NCBI RefSeq assembly: GCF_006345805.1
Contig: NC_043020.1
Location: 25,668,001-25,732,000, forward strand
Direction of reading: 5' to 3'
Length of the DNA stretch: 64,000 nucleotides
Origin: Octopus sinensis
Taxonomy: Eukaryota
Below, piece after piece: positions 25,560 through 39,239 of the stretch (positions are counted from its first letter, which is position 1; each line of letters begins with the position of its first letter). The position numbers and the translations under genes are program-made. Under the pieces are notes generated by a model. It did no database searches, was not told the DNA's origin, and saw nothing but the letters and a program-made list of their open reading frames with translations.

Positions 25560-25763
25560 GTTAATCCAAACAAGAAAGCACAAAAAAACACAACAACGCG
25601 AGGACGTGGAACAAATATAGTATTATTGGACGCTCAGGAAAGAAGGAAAGAAGGAGGGTTTAACGTTTCGAGCGGAGCTCTTCGTCGGAAACATAGGAGA
25701 AGGAAAGATCCAGAAGGGAAGACAGAAAAAAAAATCGCCAACGGTACACACGAGGTCACATTT
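25560..25763 (-). mobile_element. Short HHR-bearing element between (TA)n tracts; HHR at 25658-25692 with a core mutation
   Basis: The minus strand reads GTTT-CCGACGA-A-GAGC TCC GCTC-GAAA-CGT-T-AAAC; the core has U4>C. Confidence 0.7.
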
Positions 25764-25771
25764 TATATATG

Positions 25772-25807
<36 letters not shown>

Positions 25808-25813
<6 letters not shown>

Positions 25814-26097
25814 GGATATATCGACGATTTAAAAAATCGATATTATCAAGTGGCCAGCATGGAATAAATACCATACAAAGGTAATAACTTTTCACAACTA
25901 TAAATAAGGGTATCTGAGAGACACAACTAGAAAGCTAGAAATCCAGGATCTTGAATTGTCCTGTAATATCTTTTTGCTAGTTTATTTTGTCTCTCTGTCT
26001 TACCTCATGGTGCGATATGAACATTTTAGGAGGTTTTTAGAGTCAGGGTTTGACTGCTATTTCGGCATGGCGGTGTCTTTCAGATACCCTTATTTAT

Positions 26098-26099
<2 letters not shown>
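25808..26099 (-). mobile_element. Short element between (TA)n tracts with a 27-bp internal inverted repeat and a degenerate HHR-like motif (26046-26090)
   Basis: IR at 25898-25924 and 26073-26099 (26/27 identical). The minus strand reads GGGTAT-CTGAAA-GACAC CGCC ATGCC-GAAA-TAGCAG-TC-AAACCC. Confidence 0.55.
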
Positions 26100-26139
<40 letters not shown>

Positions 26140-26540
26140 CCTCGGAGGAGTCATTCTCTTTGGTACTCTGGTCAGAATGTTCGCCTAAAGCGTGCTCCAG
26201 CAAGGATGCAGTTCAATGAGACAGAAGTAAACGAAGATAAAGAACATATACTGAAGAAAAGATAATAGTAAGAAAAGTTTGCAACTATGAAAGATAAACA
26301 AAGTTGTTTTTAAATAATTAAGCGTACATTCCTCAAAATTAGAATAGATCTTTTAGCGGAAAATAAGGAGAGAACTACGAATGAAAAGGAAACGAAACGT
26401 CGGCCAGTTAGTTCCATCTCTTTGACTTAAACGATATTTCGTTTTGAATCATTTGATTCAAAACAAAATACTTTCCTTATCAAACACTTACCTATAAATA
26501 CAAAAAAAATACTATTATGTTAAATGGATAAAAATGTTAG

Positions 26541-26965
26541 CGTAGGAGTGCTTGCTTACCAACCACATGGTTCCGGGTTCAGTCCCACTGCATGACACCT
26601 TGGGCAAGTGTCTTCTACTATAGCCTCGGGCCGACCAAAGCCTTGTGAGTAGATTTGGTTGACGGAAACTGAAAGAAGCCCGTCGTATATATATGTATAT
26701 ATATATATATATATATATGGTGTGTGTGTGTGGTGTGTGTGTGTGTGTGTGTATGTATATGTTTGTGTGTCTGTGTTTGTTCCCCCAACATCGCTTGACA
26801 ACCGATGCTGGTGTGTTTGCTTCCACGTTACTTTCGGCAAAAGAGACCGATAGAATAAGTACTGGGCTTACAAAATAATAAGTCCCGGGGTCGAGTTGCT
26901 CGATTAAAGGCGGTGCTCCAGCATGGCCGCAGTCAAATGAGTGAAACAAGTAAAGAGTAAAAGAG
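26541..26965 (+). mobile_element. SINE family B flanked by ~215-bp direct repeats (26325-26540 and 26968-27180)
   Basis: A near-complete SINE. The flanking repeats are ~90% identical by manual comparison and abut both SINE ends. Confidence 0.85.
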
Positions 26966-27361
26966 TATACATTCCTCAAAATTAGAATAGTTTTTTAGCG
27001 GAAGATTAGGAGAGAACTACGAATGAAGAGCAAACGAAAAGTCGGCCAGTTAGTTCCATCTCTTTGACTTAAATGGTATTTTGTTTTGAATCGAATGATT
27101 CAAAACAAAATACTTTCTTTATCAAACACTTACCTATAAATACAAAAAAAACTATTATGTTACATGAATAAAAATGTTAGATATATATGCGCCAGAAAAC
27201 AAGATGCATGCTACAGATCTAGAGGTCGCATATCTAGAAACTCATAGCCTGCAGGTGATGTGAGCTGGGTAAATGTTAACAGGCAATAATAATAATAATA
27301 ATAAAATAAAGACAGAATCAAAACCCAAGTGACATTTCCAGTGAGACTCAATGACAAAAAT

Positions 27362-27490
27362 TACATCAAAGCATCCAGCAGAAACGTTCAACAGCAGATA
27401 CGCAGAACAGATCTAAAGGTTTCGAAATATCAAAAGAAGGAAAAAGCAATGTCTGTTCGAAGAGTATTTGAGATTTGAATGGGAGAGATT
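27362..27490 (+). pseudogene. Possible highly decayed PLE GIY-YIG fragment
   Basis: With one frameshift it reads YI.....ETFNSRYAEQI*RFRN..R...CL.EY, loosely resembling YIG..TF..RY..H..SF. Weak. Confidence 0.3.
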
Positions 27491-27658
27491 AATAATATAA
27501 ATGAAATACTGGCAACAATAAACACAATAAAGATGTATGGATGGTTAGTCGTTTCTCAAGATCATGGTTTCGAATCACAGGCATGTTTTCTTGAGAAATA
27601 TACTTCACGCATGTATGTGTATGCATGGGTGTGTGCATATATATATATATATATAATG

Positions 27659-27693
<35 letters not shown>

Positions 27694-27744
27694 CAATGTT
27701 TGAGTTGCATAATAGTGGTTTTATCTCTAATTCATATTTATATA

Positions 27745-27788
<44 letters not shown>

Positions 27789-28644
27789 CATATATTATAC
27801 GAGCAAAACGCTCCCCGTCCAATGGACGGTGCTGAGTTGTCAAACGTCCCATAGGCCTCCCCTTTGAGAAACACTGATTTAACCTAAATTTGAGACACAA
27901 GCAAAAGAAGAAATAAAGATAGACTTTTTTCTATTCCAAGAAAAATGATTTTACAAATGCACGTTCCCACGGCTTTATCAATCGCATTCTCACCTGGAAT
28001 CGATTTTTGTAATTTTTTCAAGACTTATACACGCCTTGATACCGTCGGTATCTACATATCAGATTTGAGCGCAATCGGATGGAGGATGCCCGAGATGCTA
28101 GAAGACAAACACACAGACAGACAGAACAATTTTTATTAATAGATATACAGATATATATGCATACATAAACGCACATACATTTCGATTCTTCGATGTACGG
28201 CAGATGATGCATATTTCCTCATGTAATCTGTATACATTGTACGACCGCATTCATTTGGCTTTCAATGACGTGTACCAGAATAATTACACCAGAAACGTTT
28301 GCAACTGGCTTAGGTCTTAGTATGGCTAGTATGTGGTCACTCTATTAATACGGCATTGTGCTTTCTTGTTTCACCATAATTCCTTACATATACATATACA
28401 TTTTAATGAATACATGAATACATACGTACATACACATGTGTTACGTGTCCGACCCGTGAAATATGCTAGATGCATCGAAACAATTGTCGTGGTTAATAAG
28501 ATCCTCTTATCTTCCATGTTCCGTCTTTCATACCTTATATATATATAAATATATATATGTGTGTGTGTGTATAGATAGATAGATAGATAGATATAGATAG
28601 ACAGATAGATATAGATAGACAGATAGATATAGATAGACAGATAG

Positions 28645-28681
<37 letters not shown>

Positions 28682-28711
28682 TAGATAGATAGATAGATAG
28701 ATAGGTAGATG

Positions 28712-28813
<102 letters not shown>

Positions 28814-29590
28814 GTGAGAGATATATTGACAGGCATGTATAAAAAATCCTCAGTCGAAAAAATGTGTTTATTTGTGGATATGCTTTACCCTAAACGATTT
28901 TTGAGATAATCCAAAACGTGACTCTTTCCCCATGGTCCCAGATCAAGCAAAGAACGAGGAGATAGAGCTGGTGTTAACAGATTACACAAGCTCGATAATT
29001 CCATAGCTCGCTAATACTGAGCGTAACTGAAAATTAAAATATACTTTTACATCATAGCATTGATGGCACCTATAAGATGCGAGAACAATCGATACCTTAT
29101 GACTAGCCGGAGATGGACGGAACGAAACATCTTCTGAATAACAATACACATAACTATCTATGAACCTATACACATACATGCTTACATAAAATCATACATT
29201 CATACATACACACAGATACACACACATGCACACACACACACACATATATATATATACATATATATTTATATACATATGTGTAGTTATATATATGTATATC
29301 TATACGTCGATATATATATATATATACCTATACATAAATATATACATATATATATGTACGAGTAGATACGTATGTATATGCATACACCCAACATTAATTT
29401 CCCTGTACAAATTTACACACCTACCCGTCCATATACACACACATACACAATCATACATACATACATACATACACACATATATGTGTTTGTGTATATATGT
29501 GTATACACACACATATATATATGTACATATATATACATATATATATATGCATATATATATGTAAATATATATACATACATATATATACAC

Positions 29591-29626
<36 letters not shown>

Positions 29627-30420
29627 GTACATACATATACATATATATATAAATGCATAAATACATATATATATATATGCATATATTCATATATATATAT
29701 AGACCTCTACACACTCATCAATGCTGACACAACCTCTATTGAAACCGTCAACTTTTATATCAGTTCAGTTTAACCGTTTTACCTCCTCTCATTGCTCCCT
29801 CCTTCCTAACTTCCTTCCTACCTTCCTTCCTTTCTTCACTTCTTCCTTTCATTTCATTCCTCTCCCCTCTCCTTTTTTCTTCCTTTTCTTTCATTCTTTA
29901 TATTTGTCTTCGCATTGCTTCTAATCAAGTTAAGCGACATTCCTTGGAGATTCCATTACAATATTTTACCTCCATTTTTTTTTCTTCTTTTTATTTCTAT
30001 TCTATATTCTTTTGTTTTTAGTTGTTTTTTTATTGTTTCATTTGCTATATTCTGTCTTTTTTTGTTGCTTTGTTGTTGTTTGTATGGTTGTGTTTGTTTT
30101 TCTTGCTTCTCGTACATTCGAGATATCGATACGATAATCTCATTTTATTTGTGTTTATTTTACTTATTTTCTCATTTTAAGTTCATGTATGTTTCCTCCT
30201 CACACACACACACATACACAATACAAATTGGCGTTCACGTATTTACTCACATACACACCACACAGACACATGCACACACATATGAATATATATACACACG
30301 TATATATATAAATGTATATATATGTATAATAAATTTTGTACTTATCTCCAACGTGTGAGTTTGTATGTACGCACATGTATCCGTGTGCAAGAGTCCTGTA
30401 CGTATATACTTATATACATG

Positions 30421-30455
<35 letters not shown>

Positions 30456-31325
30456 TACCTATCCGCACACACACATATATAATATGATATATAGACATGG
30501 ATAAATACATATTAGTATATGCACATATATATGTAATATAATACGTATATATACGTATACATATGTAAATATGTATTTGTGAATATATCTATATATGCAT
30601 ATATATATATAAGTGTGTACAAGTGTGTGTATTGAGTATTATGTATAAGGTTTTGTATTTTCGTGTACGTTACGCTGCTTAGTAACTTATGTGTGTGTGT
30701 GTGTGTACAATTGAGCTTACCTATGCTTACCTATATATATATATACATATATATATAATTTTATACATACACACAAACATATATACGCATATATATATAC
30801 ATACATATATTCGTATATATAAATATATAAGTATATCGATATATATACTTATGAATGCATACATATATATGTGTGCTTGTGTGTGTGTGTGAGTGGGAGT
30901 ATATGTGTGTGTATGTGTGTGGAGGGTACATGTGTGCGTGTGCGTCCATTTCCCATCTCAGTAAGTTGTTCTTAGCTCTTACATTATTATTAACCAACAC
31001 CAAATATTGCTTCAGTCTATAAACTGTTTTTCTCCTCAAAACCAACTAATTCTATTCTCCTTTCTTCTCTGTCTCTCCCTCAATATATCTCCCGCTTTCT
31101 TCCCTCTCTTTCCATTTCTCTCTGTGTCTCTCTCTCTCCATTTCTCCTCTTCAAACTCACTCTTTATGTCATCCTGTTTCGCACGCTTATATTCTCTTGC
31201 TCCCTTTCTTACACTATCTCCAATCTTCATCAATAATTTCTTATATATTGTTATGTACCTATACACAAACATACATACATATATATACAGACTATATATA
31301 CATATGTATGTATATATATAATATA

Positions 31326-31375
<50 letters not shown>

Positions 31376-31437
31376 ACACATCTATACTGTTATATGTATA
31401 CATATATAAATACACACACATATATATATACATGCAT

Positions 31438-31486
<49 letters not shown>

Positions 31487-31696
31487 CATATATGTAAGTA
31501 TATATTTATATATACCTGCGTTTCTCTTATCACTCTTTCATATACTTCTGAATGTCAATTTCAGTCTTTGACCCCTCCTCTCTATCTCTTCTCTCCTCTC
31601 CCACTCTCTCTCTCAATATATATACATGTATGTATGTATACATACATATATATATATATTATATATATATATATATACGTGTATATATTATATGTG

Positions 31697-31734
<38 letters not shown>

Positions 31735-32501
31735 CACTATATATATATATACACGTATCTATATATATATATATATATATGGCTTCTGTTATTCCTTATG
31801 TCTATATCATTCTCTCTCTGTCACTTTCCCTCCCTCTCTCTCCCCCTCTCTTTCTCTCTCTCCCTCTATCTATCTATTATCTATCTCCCTCTCAGTCCCT
31901 CTCTCTCTCTTTACTCTCTCTTACTTTTTCCTCAAGAAATCTTATTGAATGTATATTTCAATAACATTAGTTGTCTTCCCCTTACTGCTGCTGCTGCTGC
32001 TACCGCTGCTGCTCTCTTTGCTTTCTGCCGTTGCTGCTCTACCTATTTCCCCTCATAGTCATTCTGTTTATTTGTTTTTCCTTTATACTTTGTATATTTT
32101 CTTTTATTGTTATTTTTCATAGAATACTTTTGTTTTGTTTTTCTTTTGGTTTTTTCTTAATATTTATTATTTCACTTATTGTTCTTTCTTTTATTTTCTG
32201 TCTTCCTTCCCATTATTGGTGATTCCGTTAAGATATGCTTGGCCATGGTGAAATTGAAACTATCACAAAAATACCAGGGAAGAAGCAAACAATAGAAAGA
32301 AATAACAAATATACACACATATATATATATATATATATATAAAACTCTCTCACAAACACACACACACACACAATCTCTCTCTCTCACACACACACACTCA
32401 GCTAGCCACACGCGATTATATGCAAGCATTCACACCATACACACTTATGTGAGTGCACAATCACATAGAGTCCAGTTCTAAACGGACATATGTCATCGAA
32501 C

Positions 32502-32535
<34 letters not shown>

Positions 32536-32610
32536 TTATATATAGTTTCGATGTCATATGTCCGTTTAGAACTGGACACTGTATGGGACTGTGCGTTCAC
32601 ACACACACAG

Positions 32611-32645
<35 letters not shown>

Positions 32646-32649
32646 CACA

Positions 32650-32713
<64 letters not shown>

Positions 32714-32904
32714 TGTGTGTATCTTATCGTGTATGTTGTGCATATGTGTGTCTGTGTGTCTGTGTATACGTGCCTGTGTGTATGTATGTGTGTGTAGGTA
32801 TGTTTATATATATAATACGGATATATTCATAAACGTATATATATATATGTATGTGTGTGTTTTTGTGTGCGTGTGTGTGTGCGTGTAAGTGTATGTACAG
32901 GTGT

Positions 32905-33310
32905 AGGCGTGGTCGTGTGGTAAAGAGCGTGGTTCATAATCGCATGGTTAAGGATTCAATCCCACTGTGTGGCACTTTAGGCATGTATCATAGCTGGGTC
33001 GACCAAAGCCGTGTAAGTGGATTTAGTAGAATGGGGACCGGAAAAAAAGCCCGTCGGCCATTTTTCTATTTATCTATCTCTCGCTCTCTCTCTCACACTT
33101 TCTTTCTTTCTTTGTATTTGCGTTGGTCCCTTCGCAACCGATGTTACTTTATTTACCTTCCTCTAATGTACCTGTTCGTCAAATGACACCGATAGAATAA
33201 GGACCAGGTTTAAAAAAATATAAACGCGCAGCGGTCCATTCCTTCGACTAACACTCAGCAAGTTGGTGCCCCAATATGGCCGCTGTCCAATAACTGGAAC
33301 CATTAAAAGG
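32905..33310 (+). mobile_element. Decayed SINE family B
   Basis: Diverged head (GTCGTGTGGTAAAG..GATTCAATCCC), body and tail. Confidence 0.6.
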
Positions 33311-33723
33311 TAAGACATATAGAAGCGTGTCACGCGCGGATGTATCTGCCAACAAAAGTTCTCTCATACACGCCAACGTTTGCTAGCACGTAAAGGCGCA
33401 TACTTCCCACCCATAGATATCCAGTCAACTTTGCACATCGACACATTGTGTGAAGCAAACGCATATACATTTATATATAGACTTAGATTCAGACATTTTT
33501 GACACATATCTACCCAGGCACTCAAAATTTAAGTACATAAATTGCTCTTTAAATCTATAAACTGTCCAACTGTCTGTTGGTTCTGATAAACTATTCTACC
33601 CAAATTCAGGAAACTCTAGATAGAAAATAGATTACAAGAAGGCATTGCAATATTTTAATTTATTGAAATCCAAACATAAATCAGATATTATTTAAAAAGA
33701 CATTCAGAGCTAGAAACCTCCTT

Positions 33724-33872
33724 ATTTACATTATTTACATTTGACGGGTATTTGTCCTCGTCTTGTTTTTTTGTCAACACAATGTTTCGGCTGATATACC
33801 CTCCAGGCTTCATCAGGTGTGCTGGGGAAATTTCCAGCCTGGGTTCTCATTCCTAAGGTATTTTCGATGTTA
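33724..33872 (-). mobile_element. HHR-bearing SINE tail (inverted arm); HHR at 33777-33820, degenerate
   Basis: The minus strand reads ACAC-CTGATGA-A-GCCTG..CAGCC-GAAA-CAT-T-GTGT, with stem II and stem III point changes relative to the 59792 copy. Confidence 0.75.
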
Positions 33873-33873
33873 A

Positions 33874-33933
<60 letters not shown>

Positions 33934-34247
33934 CATTATTATTATTATTATTATTATTGTTATTATTATTCATTATTATTATTATATTATTATTATTATT
34001 ATTTATTATTATTTTATTATTATTATTATTATTATTATCATTATTATTACTAACCCCAAAATTCCGAGTTTGATTCCAGGTAGTGACCTGAATAATAATA
34101 ATAATAATAATAATTATTAATAATAATAATAATAATATAATAATAATAATATAATAATAATAATAATAACAATAATAATAATAATACTAATAATAATATA
34201 ATAATAATAATAATAATAATCATCATAATAATAATATAATAATAATA

Positions 34248-35905
34248 ATGACCAACAACTCAAGGGCTTCTACGAAGTCAAACATTCAGTGACGACATCA
34301 GAATGCAATTCGGCCTCGATAAATGTGCAAAAGCTACTTTTATCAAAGGAAAATACAGAACATCTAACGTTAACCTTGACCAGCAGAATGTCATAAAAGA
34401 ACTAGACCAGCGGAGAGCTACAAGTACCTAGGGATAATTTGAAGGAACGGAATAAGGCATTCAGAGATGAAGGAAAGGATCAGGAGAGAATGCTATCGAA
34501 GAATGAGAGCAATACATACTCAAGACAAGCTGAATGCAAGAAACGGATCGAAGCGATCAATGCATTAGCTATACCAGTCGTGACTTACAGTTTCAATATT
34601 GTTAACTGGTCAATTACTGAAATATGTCAGCTCGACAGAAAAATAAGGAAACTGTTGACAATGCATAGAATGCACCACCCTAAGGCAGATACAGAACGAT
34701 TCTATCTGCCAAGAAAAGAGGGAGCCGTGGTCTTTTACAACTGGCAATAACAATGAAGATTGCTACAATTGGCCTAGACATCTACCTGAAAAACTCTGAG
34801 GACTGGATGTTAAAACTTGTCTCAAAACATGAAAACAAGAAAGCATCATACTCAGTCCAAAAACAGGCAAAGGAATATCTAAGTGAATTCCGAATACAAC
34901 CAATTTCGGAATTAGAGATAGACATACAAGAAACAAGCACAGAAAAAGCTAAGCGCATGAAAACCCGTGCCAAAACTGCGGCCTTAGATATTCTGAATAA
35001 TAAATGGCAAGAAAAACCTCTCTATGCAAATCCCAAAGAGAGCGAATAATGCAGATATTGACAAAGCCCTGACCCATCAATGGCTAATGGCCTCTGGCTT
35101 AAAATCTGAAACAGAGGGGTTTATCATAGCAGCTCAAGATCAATGCCTACCAACAAGAAACTACCAGGCCAACATATTAAAGAACAGCAGTAGCCCAACA
35201 TGTCATGTATGCCGACAACTAAATGAAACCATTGATCATGTTGTCTCCAAATGCAGTCTTCTAGCGCCTACAGAGTACCTCAACAGGCATGATAGAGCTG
35301 CACAATATATTCACTGGGTAATTTGCAAAAACCTGGATTTGCCCCATGAAAAAAACTGGTGGGAACACAATCCACCTCCAGTGCTTGAAAATGACCACAT
35401 CTCACTCCTCTGGAACTTCACCATTCAAACTGGCAGGAAGATAGATGCAAATAGGCCAGACATCATATTGAAAGACTTCAGACAAAGAACATGCCTCCTC
35501 ATTGATATGACTGTCCCAATCGATATAAACGTATCTGTCAAGACCTACCAAAAACTGAGGAAATATAAAGATCTTGAAACAGAAATCAGCAAAATGTGGA
35601 AGCTGAAGACTAAAACAATACCTGTTGTCATAGGTGCCCTGGGAATGATAGCGAAAGGGACTAATTGCTACCTAACTCAGATACCAGGAAACCCCAAAAT
35701 GGCAGAAATTCAAAAGATAGTGCTCATGGGAACTGCTCATATCCTACGCAAAATACTCTCTATGTAATCTCAAGGTTGAAAACAAACTTTTTTTTAATTG
35801 TTTATTTATTTATTTTATTTTATTTTATTTTATTTTATTTTTTTTATTTTTTATTTTTTATTTTTTATTTTTTATTTTTATGTATTAGACTAGTACAACA
35901 CCAAA
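34248..35905 (+). mobile_element. 5'-truncated R4/Dong-like LINE (end of RT, CCHC knuckle, REL endonuclease), frameshifted, inserted in (TAA)n
   Basis: FSDDIRMQFGLDKC and YKYLG (RT); CHVC..ETIDHVVSKC (CCHC); RHD, NRPDII..IDMTVP and KY.DL (REL); PVVIGALG...QKIVLMGTAHILRKIL. (TAA)n on both sides. Confidence 0.92.
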
Positions 35906-35930
35906 AATAATAATAATAATAATGATATAT

Positions 35931-35992
<62 letters not shown>

Positions 35993-36015
35993 TGATGATG
36001 ATGATAATAATAATA

Positions 36016-36072
<57 letters not shown>

Positions 36073-36121
36073 TTATAATATCAACAACAACAACAATAAT
36101 AGTAGTAGTAATAATAATAAT

Positions 36122-36295
36122 AACATCGAAAAGTACCTTAGGAATGAGAACTCAGGTTGAAATTTTCCCAAGACATCTCATGAAGGCTGGAGGTTATATC
36201 AGTCGAAACGTTGTGTTAACAACAAACAAGATGAGAACAAATATATGTCGAATGTAAATAATTTAAATAATGTGCATAATTCCTCATCTCTTAAG
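36122..36295 (+). mobile_element. HHR-bearing SINE tail; HHR at 36173-36216 with core mutation CTCATGA
   Basis: Same family as 59759-59890; G5>C is predicted to inactivate it. Confidence 0.75.
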
Positions 36296-36409
36296 CCTGT
36301 AGTATCATGTTCAAAACCATAATGTCAGGCTGAATAATGTTGCAAAAACGATGCAAAATAAGGGAATAAGGGTATATCTCAATGATATTCTCGTGCAATA
36401 CACCAACAA

Positions 36410-37309
36410 TAGTGGTGTTTGATCACCACCTTTCTGAATTACTTCAAAGATACACGATTTCATGCTCCCTATCAACCTCTGCATTAGATCAAATGGAAGA
36501 TCTTTCCAGGCCTTCTTTTTTCCTGTTTCAGTTTCATCAACAGATGAACAGTGATTTCCTTCGTTGTACACAACATTCGTGTGATATCCCCAGGCATTCT
36601 CTTGAGGATTAATGTCGGAAATTCTTGCTAGCCATGGCATGACTTCAACCTAAATTCCATGAAGGAAATCCAAAGTTACCGTTGCTTTATGAATAGGGGT
36701 ATTTTCCTAGTGAAATATGAAGTTCTCGTCGTGGAGCCTTCTTCCTTCCTCGTCAATATGAACCCCGTCCAACGTTTCGATGTGTCGTAGATTAAGTAGA
36801 ATTTTGCATACATTTACCTGCCCCGTAATACTTATAACCAGCGGAGTCATCCAAATTCCATTTTCCTTCATTGAGAACAGAATCCTGGACAATTCACCTT
36901 CCCACGTCTGATGATGCCGCGTAAACTCCAATCTAACGGCTTTGTGTAAAGGGGACAATAACGGGTGCCCTAACCGCTTCTTCAGGTGGCAGCTATGAAT
37001 CAAAATCACACTTCATGCGCTGGATGTCGAGGATTCTACTCCTGATGATGCCTTGATTTTGAAAACAGAAGAGCAGGGTGACTTCTTCACAGCTCTGACA
37101 ATGGCCATTTCTTTCCTTCCTGAAATAACATTGGGACGTCCACCAGCATGTAGCCTGTTGTAGCCGTCAGGATCTTTCAGGAAATTCTTCACTAGCATTC
37201 ATATGCTTCTCCGAATTTTCCAGGCAATCTTCCGGTGATTCCTTCCTTCCGATTTGAGTGCAAGAATATTCCCTTGCTCAATTTTGAAAAGCTTTGCAGC
37301 TTTAGACAG
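36410..37309 (-). pseudogene. Tc3-like (Tc1/mariner) transposase pseudogene, internally deleted and frameshifted
   Basis: NFLKDPDGY, PLLSPLHKAVRLEF, FIFH*ENTPIH, PWLARISDINPQENAWG and AWKDLP..LMQRLIGSMKSCIFEVI parallel C. elegans Tc3 motifs (YLKDPVSY, PLLSADHKLKRLEF, FQQDNATIH, WPARSPDLNPIENLWG). Confidence 0.88.
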
Positions 37310-37909
37310 ACTGGAAATAAATTATGGATCGTGGTGAATAACATTGAGTCGAATATTTTTCGAAACAATGAAGGAAAGAAATGAAAATGTATTCATGGAA
37401 TTATAGTTTTGAAGCGTTGGATAGGAAAAATTGGAAAATCTCGTTCTCATATACTTATACCTACCCTCACGTATACGCAGGTACACAGAAGCACGTGCGT
37501 AAACATGTTTAGGAAGATATGAAGAAAATGAAAGGAAGAAGATTAGAACGATTGCAAAAAAAAAAAAAGGATCGAAAATATAACGAAACCTCAGAAAGAA
37601 TTAACGAATGAAAGTAAAGAAAGCCGTCTTTATCTTGTTTTTCTCATTTTGATAATTATATATACCCAATTTTATCGCTTTATCATTATATATATATATA
37701 TACCCAATTTCCAAGAATATAGCAGGTTTCGTTGCTTCGGTGGAAAATCAATAACATGAGGTGCGTTGACATGGTTGTGTTTGCAGTATGTGTATATTAA
37801 GCGTATGCGTGTACATATAATCATATATAGTGGTGTGTCTGAATGCACACACACACACATACACACACATACATATCTATATGTGGGTAAGGAAATGTGT
37901 CTATATGTG

Positions 37910-37994
37910 TATTTGAACTCAGAACGTAGCGACGGGCGAAATACTGCCAGGCGTTTCGTGCACGGTGCCAATGATACTGCCAGCTCGCCGCCTT
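37910..37994 (-). mobile_element. SINE family A head
   Basis: The minus strand reads AAGGCGGCGAGCTGGCAG...GAGTTCAAAT. Confidence 0.75.
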
Positions 37995-38007
37995 AATAAT
38001 AATAATA

Positions 38008-38023
38008 ATGATGACGATGACGT

Positions 38024-38066
<43 letters not shown>

Positions 38067-38081
38067 AATGATGATGATGAC

Positions 38082-38153
<72 letters not shown>

Positions 38154-38187
38154 GACGATGACATTGATGATGGCGATGATGATGACA

Positions 38188-38239
<52 letters not shown>

Positions 38240-38249
38240 CGACGACGAC

Positions 38250-38284
<35 letters not shown>

Positions 38285-38377
38285 CGATGATGATGACAAT
38301 GATGATGATGATGATGATAATGATGATGATGATGATGATGATGATGACGTTGATGATGATGATGATGATGATGACGT

Positions 38378-38425
<48 letters not shown>

Positions 38426-38466
38426 CGATGATGATGACAATGATGATGATGACGATGATGATGACA

Positions 38467-38510
<44 letters not shown>

Positions 38511-38511
38511 A

Positions 38512-38575
<64 letters not shown>

Positions 38576-38625
38576 CAATGATGATGATGACGATGATGAT
38601 GACAATGATGATGATGATGATGATA

Positions 38626-38662
<37 letters not shown>

Positions 38663-38720
38663 CGATGACGTTGATGATGATGATGATGATGATGTTGATG
38701 ACGACGACGACGACGACGTC

Positions 38721-38767
<47 letters not shown>

Positions 38768-38770
38768 CGA
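38008..38770. repeat. ~760-bp (GAT)n microsatellite with recurring GAC/AAT/GTT variants
   Basis: Directly visible; the poly-D/M/H/S/I ORFs are artefacts. Confidence 0.95.
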
Positions 38771-39239
38771 TTTCCTTGCCACATGGGTGAAGACTTTTAT
38801 TCCTCCGTTTCCGCAAATATAACGATGAATAATGAAGAAGCAAAAAAGCAAGGAGATCAAAAACATTTGACGATAATTTTAAAGGATGCCGACATCGTAA
38901 ATAATTCATTAAGTAATTTCAATTGATTTTCGATTTCTCTAATATACATATTGTATCACAAATGTTCACAATAATGGCGTATTTATTAGCCGTCACATGG
39001 AAAACTGTTAAACGAATCAACGTGAAAACTTTACGCAGTATGTTTTATACTGCTACTAAAGACAGCCATTTTAGCTTAAATCATCTTCTAGCGTCTTCGA
39101 AGATGAATGAATTACTAAGCATGATAGTATTAGATTTGCTTGTAGACGTGATAGTCACGGCAGGAAGGTCTCTGATTAAAGGTTTTATATATCAATGCTC
39201 GAAATAAAGTTTAAGGAAAATATAATCTTGTAACTTTTA

